IMG/VR virus record: IMGVR_UViG_3300030330_003867
Coordinates: 732 to 64,731 of that record
Length of the DNA stretch: 64,000 nucleotides
Source: a virus
Taxonomy: Duplodnaviria > Caudoviricetes
Strand: one strand, 5' to 3'
The notes beneath the pieces were generated by a model. It made no database searches. It was given only the letters and a program-made list of their open reading frames with translations, and was not told the origin of the DNA. The translations under genes were made by a program, and so were the position numbers. How positions within the stretch are numbered: position 1 is the stretch's first letter; each line of letters opens with the position of its first letter. Shown piece after piece: positions 46,816 to 57,923 of this stretch.

Positions 46816-47514
46816 ATGTTGATAGTGGATGACCGAGAAAATGAGGTCGTCATAAATAAAATAATGGCTAAATTAGGTGATGCTGATGCTAAAGGCGGTA
46901 AAGCCAAAGTCAGAAGATTAAGTGCGGCGGATTACATCATAGGTAATCGTGGTATAGAGGCGAAGGAAATAAATGACCTTTACCGTTCTATTCTCGGCAT
47001 GGGAAGGACACGGACAATCTTAGACCAATTGAGAGATTTAGACGAGGAATTTGATGAGCCTATGCTTGTCGTCTATGGAACAACCCTCAAGCCCTATGTG
47101 CGAGGCAAAATGACTAAGCGGGATTACGCTATCGAAACCGCTAAGATGAAGAAGACCATCCTATCATTCAAACAAACTTTCTATCAACGATTCCCGCGAA
47201 TAAAATATATGGAATTTGCTACGATGGAAGAATTTGTTGATTTCTTGGCGGTGTCGCACACACAGATGGAGATAGTCAAGAAGGCAAAGCAACCGCGCCC
47301 TGTTGTCGGTAAGCCTCTCGACCCGCGAGTAGCGGCACTATCACACATACATGGAGTAACGCCCGAAAGGGCAGAAGCCGTCTTGAAGAAATTTGGTTCG
47401 ATACCTAACCTTCTTCTCAAGAAAACTACACAGAAGCAATTGATGGAGATAGACGGGATAACCCGCACGATGGCGAGAAAAATATTAGCCCTTAGAAAAG
47501 ATTACTCAAATTGA
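46816..47514 (+). CDS. ERCC4/XPF-family structure-specific nuclease with HhH domains
   Basis: IVDDRE, ADYII and GIEAK..NDL motifs; C-terminal IHGV.P..A..VL..FGS and IDGI helix-hairpin-helix. Confidence 0.88.
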   Translation: MLIVDDRENEVVINKIMAKLGDADAKGGKAKVRRLSAADYIIGNRGIEAKEINDLYRSILGMGRTRTILDQLRDLDEEFDEPMLVVYGTTLKPYVRGKMTKRDYAIETAKMKKTILSFKQTFYQRFPRIKYMEFATMEEFVDFLAVSHTQMEIVKKAKQPRPVVGKPLDPRVAALSHIHGVTPERAEAVLKKFGSIPNLLLKKTTQKQLMEIDGITRTMARKILALRKDYSN

Positions 47515-50500
47515 GAGAATTTTCTGGTTTGTGATTCTGTCGGGAATGCCGCCCTCTTGAAATTGACCTTTATGTTCCCTAACTTAATTGCCGAATTTGA
47601 ATCATCTCCACTTTCTCCACGCCTTCTTGTTATATTTACTAAAATTGTGTTGCCCGCTACTCCACAACCACTTATGCTTGTTTTACTTAGTAAATCAATT
47701 GCCCTTATATTCGGAGAAGAAATAATGCTTTTTTTATTTGTGATACTCGCACCGGTTTCTTCGCAGATAACTTGTATGTTAAGTGCGGCTTTAGTATTAT
47801 ATTGAGAAGTATCACCATGAGATACTTTAGCAGATATTGATATTTCATCAGACACCACATCAGAAGGCACAATAATTTTAGCCGTTATAGAAGATTCGTT
47901 AATTGCATCTGATTCTATGGAGAAGTTAGAAGCGGGTAATGAGTAGCCTTCTGCGTCTAATACGGTCGCACCGTCTGATGCGGTGAAATTTACCATATCA
48001 TCTGATTGGTTACCCATATATGATGGGATTTTATCGGGTTGTTCTTGACCGAGTATAGACCATTCCCCATAAGGACTAAATTTATCCGCCTTTAACGCCA
48101 TTCTTCCTTTGAGCATAGATAAGGTAGCAGGGCTAAATTGTTGAGCGGTTATTTTATCTTCAAAGTGATGACCCGCGCCGCCTTCTCTATCGCCGTCATC
48201 AATCCCGCCCCCGCCTGTGTGGTTTCCTTCGTTTGGGTCGCTACCTTCTCCTACGGGGTCGTCTTCGGGTTCATGCACATTTCCTGTATTAGAACCCTCG
48301 CCGTCAATAATACTGCCTTCCTCAACATTGTTAATACCAGCAGTAGTATATTGTGGGAATAAGTAAGATATTATACCACCAGCAGAAAGTGATTCATTTC
48401 TTTCTAACTCTAATGTTAATTCTTCAACATCAGCCCCTTTTACCGCCCATTGTATTTTTTGAATAACCATTGTTTCATTGTTAAGACCCAAACCTGCATC
48501 TGTTAATTTAACAAAGGTGGCTGGTGTGTATGCGTAGTCATGGGTAATATGGACTCTTGGTGCATACCATTCCGTTCTATGGTCTGCGAATGAAGACATT
48601 TCTATGTGCTTCAACATACCGAGAGGAAATATGCTATTTGTATTGGTGGGAGAACCAAACGAAGTTATGTCTGTAATATCGTGTGCGTTTTTTAGAATGT
48701 TAGCATTGGTTGGGTCGCCGCATCTGTGGCGCAACAAAGCCCTGCAATAGTCGGCGTTGAATGAGATAACAATAGAGCCGTCATTTAGTATTCCGTCAGC
48801 ATCATAACTGTCCGGCACTTTAATTTCATAGAATCCGCTTTGAACCGCATCAACCTTCTCGTATCCACCGGTAGCAAGACTCGCAATCATTGTAGGGCCA
48901 CCGCCACCATGACCGCTATTACTTGTTGAATAACTATAATCGTAAAGCCCGATTGTGAATTGTGCATCGTCAATTGTTGTGCCGCCCGAAAGATGCACCG
49001 CTACTCTCAATTCCTCTCCTGTTGTGCCGCTAACCAAAGGACACTTAGGGGGAACATGGACTATTTGCACCGCATAAGCCAATGAGTTAGACCCATAGAA
49101 ATAATAATTATCATCATAATTTATTGTGCTACTAAGAGCCGCACCTGTGGGCGGTTCGGATTCACCATATCTGTTGTATATGTCTGTTGAGGTTTTCATA
49201 TTGCCGTCAAGAGCATTAGTCATACCTGCGAAGGGCGCACCACCAGCCGCAAGGGAGGTCCATGACGAACCACCGGCTATGGCGTTATTATAGCCCTGTA
49301 TGGCCCTGTATGGGTCTGCTATGTAGCCATACCTACCATGTGTTAGCATTTTGTCGTCAGTAGTAGCATCTCTTATTGGTTCAACGCTTACAGATAACCT
49401 ACTTTCTTTCAAGGCTATGTATTCTTTTTTAGCCAAAGCCAATGCTTCTAAATCTCCTATAACCTTTGGGTGTTGAACGACTTTCCATTTTGTTGTGTCT
49501 GTGAGAGCGGGTTCGGGAAAATCAACAAACGATTGACCTTTATTGTAATAAACCCTAACATTAGTAATTTTACCTGCTACATTTGTTGATAATTTATTAA
49601 ACATTATATTATTTCTCGATAAATCCCAACCGGAATTATACTTAGGTCGGTAATCTATTCTTCCATCTTTTCCAGCCAAATATGAAAATGTAGTGTTTAG
49701 CGAATTAGTGTTGCCTATACCCGAACTCTCTTGGATTTTTCTAACTGTGTTCCATAAGGTTTTACCCCTGCTATCAACAATTGACCCGTATGAATCGTTA
49801 CTTGTCTTGTCGTTGTATGTAGTCATATTTGTTGTAATTGGAACATTGTTAATATCAAAAATGGTGCTTAATCTTGTTTGAGGCAACCATGTTTGCATTA
49901 GTCCAGCATTCCATAACACACGGTATTTATCGCTATCCCAAAATGTTCCGTTGTTCCCGCTTCTTACGCCACCCTTTAATTCCATCATTAGTCTATTGTT
50001 ATAGGCCGTTGCTATGGCGGTTGAGACGAAAACACCACCATTATAATTGGCGTTGATAAACGAAGAATGGATTGATGGAATAGTATTTGTGCTTACTGAA
50101 TTAAGGTAATTGTCGAATAAATATTTTAAGTTATCCGATATAGTATCAAAGGCTTCGGCTGGCGCAGGATGAGCGAACACATTTCCTAATTGAATAGGTA
50201 TTTTATATCCCTCACCGTTAGCCCACTTCCCTTGTTCTAATGCCGCGTCAGCAACCGAGAGATTTTTTAGTGTTGATGTTTCCGCGTCTGCGTCATATCT
50301 TGTATATCCTAAAGCCTGTGTCTGTAAGTAATCTGCTCTATTATGATAAGCAATTGAAACTTTTATTTGTGTGTTTGAAGTAACTTCTTCCACCCTAAAG
50401 AATCTTCTTAGGTTCATTCCATCAGTAGTAACATGAGTTATTGGTGTTGTTGTGTTTTCAATCAGCATACCTGCTTTTATTCCCTTTGTTTTGAATATTG

Positions 50501-53500
50501 CGCTTGAATCAGTTAATGTGAAAAGACCCGTAGTAGCATCAAAACTTGGTGCTGATGTTAAAGTGCCTGTAACTTCTTCGGTGTTAGCACAAGAATAAGA
50601 CATATACCAATCGGTTATTTCTTGTTCTCTTGAACCATCGTCATTTATACCTATAATCCTACCAACGCCACCATCCGGCTCAAAGTCGCTTGCATCAGCC
50701 ATTTTAATAAAGAAATCACCTATATTTATATCTTCATCTATCTCAATAAATTCACTCTTTATGTATTTTGCATTAGGGTGTGGGGTATAAGGCAAACCTA
50801 CATTACTCCTACTTGCTATGGCTTCCGCCCAATAATTATCTATTAGTGTAGGGTAGCCTTTGATGGTGGCTACGAAATCACCTAATGATGTTTTACCCCC
50901 TGCATCTTGTCCGGTCTTACCACCGTTTGCTAATGTATTCAAATTGAAAAACTTAGATGAATCCACAACAATAAACGCCCCGCCTTTGTCTTCCCAATCT
51001 TGATACTGTGATAAGTCTTGGTCGCTTCCTGTGGTGGCGCAGTAAAACGCGCCGCCGGTATTGGTAGTGGTGCTAACGAAAGTTGTATCTAAGTCAAAAT
51101 GTGTATTGCTCGATACCGCCGTTACCTTGTGTATTCCATCGTGATTAAAGGTGTTAATTAAATGAATAAACTCATTAGCCACCACACTTCCTGTATTGCT
51201 TGTTGTAATTCTTAATTTACCGCTATTATCTTGAAGGGCTGATACGGCCACAGAATTAGTGTAATCTGCGGGCTTTGAAAATGCACCGTCAGCAGAACCA
51301 CTTGAAGTAGTGGATGGGTCTTTCTTTGCATTTATGTTCCATATATCCACATCTTCTCCTACTTTTAAGGAAGTGAATTTATCGGGTATTCCGTCTGCAT
51401 TTGCATCTTGTTCTGTGTAATTTAATGATATTTCATAATTAGAAGATATTGGGTATAACAAACCAAAATCTTCTTTTCTGTATGCGCCGTCTGCATCTGC
51501 ATTACCGTTGTTTCTCATATCAGCCCAAAGTAAATACAAGTGTTTGTAATCATCACTTATGTTGCAGATATGAACCTTAGTATTGATTGTTGTTCCCAAT
51601 TCACTATAACTCGTTGCGTGGGTTTTTGAAATGTATTCGCAACCAATAAGATAATAATTTCCGCCGCTTTGAACCTTCCCTTTGTAAATAAATTTATCCC
51701 TAACTCTATTTTTTTCTAATCTCCCCAAGTCTTCTATTTCCGCTATACCTGCCGTTGGTATATTATTAAATTGGGTCGAAGTAAAAGACACCCTAACTGT
51801 TGTCGCACCGGAAGTATTTATGTTTGAGCCTAAGTCGGCTGATTCTTTAGGGCTTCTAAGTATCTGTCCGAAGTGATATTGAAACCACAAAGACTTAGGT
51901 AAATCACGCATCCAAACTGCGTGAATAGCCTTGTTTTCTATCCCTTTATCAAGAGAAGCGGGTATTGGTGTAGCCGTTCCTACATCACTACTCCATGACG
52001 CTCTATCGTTACCTAATTTTAGATTTTCATATCCGGTGCTGGAATTAAAATACTCTCCAAAATCTGTTCCGTTGTAGGGGGTGTGTGTATCAACAACATA
52101 CAAATGAGGGGTAGTGTTGAAATCTATTGTGTCGTTAAAATAATTTATGACTACTGATACATTCTTAACTAAATGCCCGCCCGCTATTCCTTGCATAGCC
52201 GATGAAGTATTACCGTTTTCATTTTCTTCAAAGACATGAAATTTTTGCCCGACAACCAAATTTGGGTCGGCATCAAAAATAAATATTGTGTGTTCGCGTG
52301 TTGGGTCGGTCGCTTGGGGAAAAGCATTTATCGTTCCATCAAACGTCCTCCACAATGCGGGCGCGGTATCGCTGTAATTCGGTGTTGGTGAAAGGTTTGT
52401 GCCGGAGTATTGGTTAGAAAGATGATTAAACACTGTTGCATCATTTACAGTCCTTATATTTTTTACCGCGTCTTCTCCTTGCGTTGAATGTCTCCAAACC
52501 ATGTGCTCACCAGCATAAATAATTCTTGCAGAAGTATCAGCAGAAGCAAAATCGGGAGTAACAGCAACAAATTGATTTCCCGCGTCATCTGTGCCGCTAA
52601 GAGAACCATTCACAGTTACCGCAGAAGAAGTGTTATGGCTTTGGCTTCCTATCACATTAAATGTATCACCGTTAGAAAAACTTGGGTTTCCGTCAAAATA
52701 AACAATCGTATATTGTGTGCCGCTATCTTCCTTTCTCCCAAACCCAACAATACCTACACCCTCATATTGGGTTTCTATGTTATCCGGCCCATAATCTGTA
52801 TCTTCATTGTTATACATTTGGATAGGGTGTGCAGAATTTATTTGCATTCTTTGATTTTTCAATTCTTTGTAATCGTCATCAACGTCAAAACCTACGCTAC
52901 CGTCTAATCTTTTCAATGGTGAAGCACCGAGATTCATTATATTTTTGAACCCTTGTGCGTCATACAACCAATAAGGAGTCGTTGCTTCATCTTTATTCAA
53001 TGACTTTTGCCCGACTTCCCAAAGGGGGATTTGTCTATCAAGAATTGATAGCATATCTGTTGCCCTTAATTGTATTATTCTTTCCTTTATGGTTTGGTTT
53101 ATCTTCATTGATTCAATAACACCCATCCATGTCGGTCTATCAATAGTATGGCTTTCGTTTGTTAAAGCCCTTGTGGGATTTGTAAATAATAGAAGGTAAA
53201 AATCATTAGCATTTGAGTTATTAAACAACCCTAATAAATTATGCGAGTAATCATTTGAATTGACTCCTATATTTGAACCGCCTTCCGGTGCAGGTTCGTC
53301 TTCTATTTTCATAGATAACGAAGAAAAACCATTTACTGTTTGAGTCATCTTCATTTCATTCAAAGGCGGTAACTCCCTACCGTCTGGGTGGTCTGTTAGT
53401 GGCCTATACATAGCGGCTCGGTCGAGCATTAACACACAATTTACATTTGTTTGTGATGATGCGGGTTTGACTTCCATTTCCCAACCATACATATCAGCCG

Positions 53501-54671
53501 GTGTTGCGCTCGTCAAAGCGTAGCCGGATGAATAAGAGCCACCGAGAGAATTTGTTGAAGTTATTTCTGTTCCGTCTTGATACACCTTAAATTTACTGTT
53601 GGTATAATCAAGGACAAAATCAAGGTCAATCCAATGCGTTACTTCATCTATTTCCGTTGTGTTAGTGCTATATTTGAACGGGTGTGTGTTATAAGAAGAA
53701 AGGTCAATTTCCCATGCTACTTTAGGAGAGCCGGTTAATCCATCTTCAAGGTCTGTTCCTACACCACTACCTGTATATCCAAATTTAACTGTAGCAGTAG
53801 GTGTTAATTTACCTTCGTTTGATGTAGCCCCGCTATATGCTCGCACCGCAAATCTAACTGTAAATACATCGTCATCACCAACGCTATTCAATGAACCGTC
53901 ATAAGCAATAGAAGGAATGGTTGAACCCTTAGATGAATCGCTGGCGTGAAATGATTGCACTACAAGGAATGGTTGCCCCGATGGTGATTTAACGGGCTGA
54001 AATAGATTTCGTGGGCTTTCACCATTTGAATCAAGCGTTCCGTGTGCATATTCCACAGTCTCTCCCATCCAAACACCAGCAAGATGCGCTCGCTGAACAA
54101 ACCCTGCCGTCTGCGTATGCACACCTGCGTTTTTGTTTGTTTGGTAATTAGTCGTTGTGTAATAATTCATCGTGGCTCGGCCAAAGGTTGCATCATCATC
54201 ACCGAGAGGAACAATGTATCTCCCTAAAGAATCATGCCCGTTAGAAAAAAGAAGGTAAGCATCACTACCGCTTGCGTCAAATCGCCATTTGTTTCCGACA
54301 TTTCCATCGGGATATTGTAATTGCGCTCGCCCTTCGTATTCGCTGGATTTTTGCCTTATTGTATCAAGCGTTAGCCATTCAAACGAACCGGAGTTTGATA
54401 ACTCTTTGGTTTCATCACTTGAACCAATTAGAGCAGTATTATAATTATTATTTTTATTCATCTCATTGTTAGACCAACGGTAGCGGGGATTAAGGATAGC
54501 CTCGCCGTTCATCGGGTTTCCATAGTGTGTTTTATTTTTGTCGTATGAGTCGGTAGCAGAAGGTGAATTGTCGTCATTGGCTATGGCTCTCGCACCGTTA
54601 AAATCATCGTAATAGGTCGCTATCCAAGCACCGTATTTACTATTGACTGTTCTTACCATATCATCACACAC
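47502..54671 (-). CDS. Giant minor tail/tail-tip protein (2,389 aa)
   Basis: Directly downstream of the tape measure gene; beta-rich; hub-like segments (RIIQLRATD, GRIDYRP, ITNVRVYY). Confidence 0.7.
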   Translation of the reverse strand: MCDDMVRTVNSKYGAWIATYYDDFNGARAIANDDNSPSATDSYDKNKTHYGNPMNGEAILNPRYRWSNNEMNKNNNYNTALIGSSDETKELSNSGSFEWLTLDTIRQKSSEYEGRAQLQYPDGNVGNKWRFDASGSDAYLLFSNGHDSLGRYIVPLGDDDATFGRATMNYYTTTNYQTNKNAGVHTQTAGFVQRAHLAGVWMGETVEYAHGTLDSNGESPRNLFQPVKSPSGQPFLVVQSFHASDSSKGSTIPSIAYDGSLNSVGDDDVFTVRFAVRAYSGATSNEGKLTPTATVKFGYTGSGVGTDLEDGLTGSPKVAWEIDLSSYNTHPFKYSTNTTEIDEVTHWIDLDFVLDYTNSKFKVYQDGTEITSTNSLGGSYSSGYALTSATPADMYGWEMEVKPASSQTNVNCVLMLDRAAMYRPLTDHPDGRELPPLNEMKMTQTVNGFSSLSMKIEDEPAPEGGSNIGVNSNDYSHNLLGLFNNSNANDFYLLLFTNPTRALTNESHTIDRPTWMGVIESMKINQTIKERIIQLRATDMLSILDRQIPLWEVGQKSLNKDEATTPYWLYDAQGFKNIMNLGASPLKRLDGSVGFDVDDDYKELKNQRMQINSAHPIQMYNNEDTDYGPDNIETQYEGVGIVGFGRKEDSGTQYTIVYFDGNPSFSNGDTFNVIGSQSHNTSSAVTVNGSLSGTDDAGNQFVAVTPDFASADTSARIIYAGEHMVWRHSTQGEDAVKNIRTVNDATVFNHLSNQYSGTNLSPTPNYSDTAPALWRTFDGTINAFPQATDPTREHTIFIFDADPNLVVGQKFHVFEENENGNTSSAMQGIAGGHLVKNVSVVINYFNDTIDFNTTPHLYVVDTHTPYNGTDFGEYFNSSTGYENLKLGNDRASWSSDVGTATPIPASLDKGIENKAIHAVWMRDLPKSLWFQYHFGQILRSPKESADLGSNINTSGATTVRVSFTSTQFNNIPTAGIAEIEDLGRLEKNRVRDKFIYKGKVQSGGNYYLIGCEYISKTHATSYSELGTTINTKVHICNISDDYKHLYLLWADMRNNGNADADGAYRKEDFGLLYPISSNYEISLNYTEQDANADGIPDKFTSLKVGEDVDIWNINAKKDPSTTSSGSADGAFSKPADYTNSVAVSALQDNSGKLRITTSNTGSVVANEFIHLINTFNHDGIHKVTAVSSNTHFDLDTTFVSTTTNTGGAFYCATTGSDQDLSQYQDWEDKGGAFIVVDSSKFFNLNTLANGGKTGQDAGGKTSLGDFVATIKGYPTLIDNYWAEAIASRSNVGLPYTPHPNAKYIKSEFIEIDEDINIGDFFIKMADASDFEPDGGVGRIIGINDDGSREQEITDWYMSYSCANTEEVTGTLTSAPSFDATTGLFTLTDSSAIFKTKGIKAGMLIENTTTPITHVTTDGMNLRRFFRVEEVTSNTQIKVSIAYHNRADYLQTQALGYTRYDADAETSTLKNLSVADAALEQGKWANGEGYKIPIQLGNVFAHPAPAEAFDTISDNLKYLFDNYLNSVSTNTIPSIHSSFINANYNGGVFVSTAIATAYNNRLMMELKGGVRSGNNGTFWDSDKYRVLWNAGLMQTWLPQTRLSTIFDINNVPITTNMTTYNDKTSNDSYGSIVDSRGKTLWNTVRKIQESSGIGNTNSLNTTFSYLAGKDGRIDYRPKYNSGWDLSRNNIMFNKLSTNVAGKITNVRVYYNKGQSFVDFPEPALTDTTKWKVVQHPKVIGDLEALALAKKEYIALKESRLSVSVEPIRDATTDDKMLTHGRYGYIADPYRAIQGYNNAIAGGSSWTSLAAGGAPFAGMTNALDGNMKTSTDIYNRYGESEPPTGAALSSTINYDDNYYFYGSNSLAYAVQIVHVPPKCPLVSGTTGEELRVAVHLSGGTTIDDAQFTIGLYDYSYSTSNSGHGGGGPTMIASLATGGYEKVDAVQSGFYEIKVPDSYDADGILNDGSIVISFNADYCRALLRHRCGDPTNANILKNAHDITDITSFGSPTNTNSIFPLGMLKHIEMSSFADHRTEWYAPRVHITHDYAYTPATFVKLTDAGLGLNNETMVIQKIQWAVKGADVEELTLELERNESLSAGGIISYLFPQYTTAGINNVEEGSIIDGEGSNTGNVHEPEDDPVGEGSDPNEGNHTGGGGIDDGDREGGAGHHFEDKITAQQFSPATLSMLKGRMALKADKFSPYGEWSILGQEQPDKIPSYMGNQSDDMVNFTASDGATVLDAEGYSLPASNFSIESDAINESSITAKIIVPSDVVSDEISISAKVSHGDTSQYNTKAALNIQVICEETGASITNKKSIISSPNIRAIDLLSKTSISGCGVAGNTILVNITRRRGESGDDSNSAIKLGNIKVNFKRAAFPTESQTRKFSQFE

Positions 54672-57600
54672 TTACACCGGAGAGGTTGATTCCTCTTGCG
54701 CCCGCTTCGCTCTCTATCGCATCAAGAACGATGTTAGCCATCTCTCTTGTAGTCATGCCGTTAAAATTATTAGTCTGTATAACTTCTGTGTTGGCTATGA
54801 ATGTTTCAACGCCTTGTTGTTGAATCTGTTTTACTAATGCACCTTGCACATTACCTGCTTTAAATCCAAAGAACATTTCTTCTCGACTGTTGTTGAATTT
54901 TTCTTGTGCGTCAGTCGCTTGATTTAGCCCATCGGCATAAGTGTCTAAAAACCCTGTATCGAAAGTAGGCACATCCATATCTGCGAAATCTTCCATGTTA
55001 GTCATAGTATCTTGCATCTCTAAATTAAAAGGCAATAATTTTTTTGCCGCCGCCATAGCCGCACCCGCTAATAAAACAAGAGCGAGACCTATACCTGTTA
55101 AACCAAGAATACCAATCATTGTTAAGAATACGGCCTGTAATGCCGCCGCTAATGCCGTTGCACCTGTGGTGGCGGCAAATTCACTTGCCGTCAAAGTTAA
55201 GTTAGAAAGGGCTAAACCAGCCGCCGCTACAATAGCCGACCCCATAACCTTCAATTTTGCACCTAAAGCAAAAATAGAAGCCCTAAGAGAATTTAAAAAG
55301 CCACCTTCGCTTACCGCCACCGCAAAATTAGAAGCGGCGAGATAAGTATTTTTAATAATGTTACCAACAACCAAACCTGCTTTTGCAGTTAATAAACCGA
55401 TACTTATTATCATTTGACCTATCATCGGTGCAAAGGAAGCCGCTAACATTACCATAGCCACAGCCATAATTTCTGAGTTGTTCGCAAATTCTATTTGTTT
55501 AGGAAGTATTTTATTTATGTTTTCTCCAACAACCATCAATATCATAGACATAATCATAGCCACACCACTAAAGGCCATCGCACCCGATACCCCGCCGCTC
55601 AAAGCGTGTTGGTTTCCGGTTAAGATTGCGCCTTGTTCTTTTAACTCGGCATTCATTTGGTTTATTTCGGCGGTGAGTCTTTCCTGTAATAAAACTAAAT
55701 CTTTAGTGTGGTGGGCTATCATATCAACCAATACCAAATGCTCTTTTTCTAAAGCGTTTATTTTTTTCATTGTTCCGGCTTCTGCATTCTTTGTATTGAG
55801 TATTTGTTTCTCTATTTCTTTTTCAAGATTTTTAATTTCTTTATTTATCTGAGTTAATTTAAGCATTGATTTTTGCCCTTTTTGTTTTTTCAATGCTACT
55901 AAAGCGGTTTGTCGGTCTATTAGTAAGACTAATTGTTTTTGTTTTACTTCAACACCATTTTTCTTTAGTCTATCGTCTAATAATTTATTTCTTAACACAC
56001 TTGTTCTTGCGTTTATTTGTGCTAACTTTGCAGAAGCCTGTTGCTTCAAATTATTTATCGTTAATTTTTTCGCTCTCAAATCTTCTTGAGCGAGAGTAAC
56101 TGCATTGTTTGTTTGTTGCCCCATAATAAACGCTATTTGTTCTCCGTTAATGGCCCTCATAACCTGTCTGAAACCGGATAGTGCGATTTGTGCGGCATAG
56201 ATGTTTAGGTATAATTGAACAAACGGCGCAAAGATATTCATTAACACAAGTCTTGCTTCGTATAATTCTTCTAAGAATGCACCTAAACCTGTTCCTTCAA
56301 ATGCACCTATCATAGCCTCTATGGTGATAAGCATATCCTCTTGTGCTTCAAGGGCGGCTAACTGTGCAGGTAGCAAACGCTCACCGATTGCGGCTTGTAA
56401 GTTTGAAATTCTTGCTTCTGTCTGTTCTATTTGGAAAGCGGTATTTGCGAATAGGTCAGCAAGATAACCTGCGGCCTCTCCGTTTTCTTCCATTACTTTT
56501 CCGGTTTGTTGTTGAGCCTCATTGAAAAGCATATTTGCTCTTTCAAGGTCTTGCATCAAAAGAAGCAAACGAGCATAATGTCTGTTACCAGCCATAGTCT
56601 GTGCGAGAGCCTGTTGTTGTTGGTCGCTCATCTGATTAAATGCTGGTGCTAACTCGTTGAGAATCTGTTGCATCGGTCTTAATTCGCCGTTTGCGTCGTG
56701 TGTCGCCACGCCTAAATCCCTTAACGCTTGACCCGCACCGTTAATATCACCACCGACTCTTGCGTAAGTAAATCTAAGAGCCGTTCCCGCAGTTTCCGCG
56801 CGAATACCACGCTCAATCAATGTCGCCGTCATAGCGGCCATAAACCCTATGTCTTCTCCGGCTAATCTTGCTACACCACCAAAATGATTCATGGCTTCAA
56901 TAATTTCCGGCATACGAGCCGCCGACCTATCTTCAACGCTGTTTAGTTTGTTTAGTGTGTCGGCTACAGATGCAGTAACCACATCTCTTTGTTCGTATGA
57001 GGATAAGAGAGCGAATTGAGCCTGTGTTAAATCTCCTGTTACAAGAGCATTCTGTTGCATTAGAGAAATTAAAGCCTGTTGTGCTTCTGCACCGCCCATA
57101 TCACCAACGAATCCGAGAGCCAAACCACCCCTTGTTAGTGGCTCGACAACACCCGGACCGTAAAGAGCCTGTAATTGCGCCGCCCTACCACCTGCGGCTA
57201 ATGCTTCATCACCTACGAAACCAAATTCAGCACCAATAGCCCTAACGCTTCGGGCCATTTCGTCTAATTGATTTGTGGTAATAACGGTAGTATCAAAGAA
57301 TTTCTCAAATTCAATGGTCGCAATCTCGACTTCTCTCGCAATAGGAATAACCGCTTGTTCGATTTCAACGATTTGTTGGTTTAACTCTTGTGCGCTTTCT
57401 ATCACACCGGAAAGGGCATCAACAAAAAGACCTTGAAGTGCTATGGATGCGGCTTCCGCATCGTGAATAAGTCTGCTGGCTTGAAATGTTCCTACGAGGT
57501 TAAAGAATAACCGAGAGACACCACCACGAAGGACTATCATGGCTACTGCGGCAGTAGCCATAACCCAAATTGGAGAAAAGAAAAGGACCGGTTCTATCAT
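54664..57600 (-). CDS. Tail tape measure protein
   Basis: 978 aa, helical; TP901-type core (AGTALR...LG....D..G.LRP...IL.EL), coiled coil and hydrophobic C-terminal half. Confidence 0.9.
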   Translation of the reverse strand: MIEPVLFFSPIWVMATAAVAMIVLRGGVSRLFFNLVGTFQASRLIHDAEAASIALQGLFVDALSGVIESAQELNQQIVEIEQAVIPIAREVEIATIEFEKFFDTTVITTNQLDEMARSVRAIGAEFGFVGDEALAAGGRAAQLQALYGPGVVEPLTRGGLALGFVGDMGGAEAQQALISLMQQNALVTGDLTQAQFALLSSYEQRDVVTASVADTLNKLNSVEDRSAARMPEIIEAMNHFGGVARLAGEDIGFMAAMTATLIERGIRAETAGTALRFTYARVGGDINGAGQALRDLGVATHDANGELRPMQQILNELAPAFNQMSDQQQQALAQTMAGNRHYARLLLLMQDLERANMLFNEAQQQTGKVMEENGEAAGYLADLFANTAFQIEQTEARISNLQAAIGERLLPAQLAALEAQEDMLITIEAMIGAFEGTGLGAFLEELYEARLVLMNIFAPFVQLYLNIYAAQIALSGFRQVMRAINGEQIAFIMGQQTNNAVTLAQEDLRAKKLTINNLKQQASAKLAQINARTSVLRNKLLDDRLKKNGVEVKQKQLVLLIDRQTALVALKKQKGQKSMLKLTQINKEIKNLEKEIEKQILNTKNAEAGTMKKINALEKEHLVLVDMIAHHTKDLVLLQERLTAEINQMNAELKEQGAILTGNQHALSGGVSGAMAFSGVAMIMSMILMVVGENINKILPKQIEFANNSEIMAVAMVMLAASFAPMIGQMIISIGLLTAKAGLVVGNIIKNTYLAASNFAVAVSEGGFLNSLRASIFALGAKLKVMGSAIVAAAGLALSNLTLTASEFAATTGATALAAALQAVFLTMIGILGLTGIGLALVLLAGAAMAAAKKLLPFNLEMQDTMTNMEDFADMDVPTFDTGFLDTYADGLNQATDAQEKFNNSREEMFFGFKAGNVQGALVKQIQQQGVETFIANTEVIQTNNFNGMTTREMANIVLDAIESEAGARGINLSGVSV

Positions 57601-57923
57601 TCACCCACGCTCTCACTATCTGCGGCTTGAATCGGAACGCCGCTATCGCTCATCATCTGAAATAAATCACGGTTGTTATTTATGCGTTTGCGTTGCTCTC
57701 TCCTACGGTCGCGCCTTGCTACGGCTTTCTTAGCCGCCGCAGAACCTTTTGCGCTTTCTGAGGCTTCGCTTATTCTTTCGCCCATTTCAGCCGCTACGAG
57801 TAAGTCTAAATTGAGGCTTTGCATACCGCCTTCTTCTTGGTATCTCCAAAAAAAATCTGAGGCCGTTTGGCCCTTAAACGCCATACACAAAGTCGGGGCG
57901 GCGTGGGCCACTACTCCAAAGGG
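57597..57923 (-). CDS. Tail assembly chaperone, frameshift extension (gpGT-like)
   Basis: In the -1 frame relative to 57911-58270 and open through the slippery site; stop overlaps the tape measure start. Confidence 0.75.
   Translation of the reverse strand, partial: PFGVVAHAAPTLCMAFKGQTASDFFWRYQEEGGMQSLNLDLLVAAEMGERISEASESAKGSAAAKKAVARRDRRREQRKRINNNRDLFQMMSDSGVPIQAADSESVGE
57868..57923 (-). other. Programmed -1 ribosomal frameshift signal
   Basis: C CCT TTG heptamer at 57923-57917, 6-nt spacer, then stem-loop TGGCCC-ACGCC...GGCGT-TTAA-GGGCCA. Confidence 0.8.

Noticed and set aside
47557-57733. Plus-strand ORFs antisense to the giant tail and tape measure genes
   Set aside because: They are short, lack start signals and are fully nested opposite well-supported genes.
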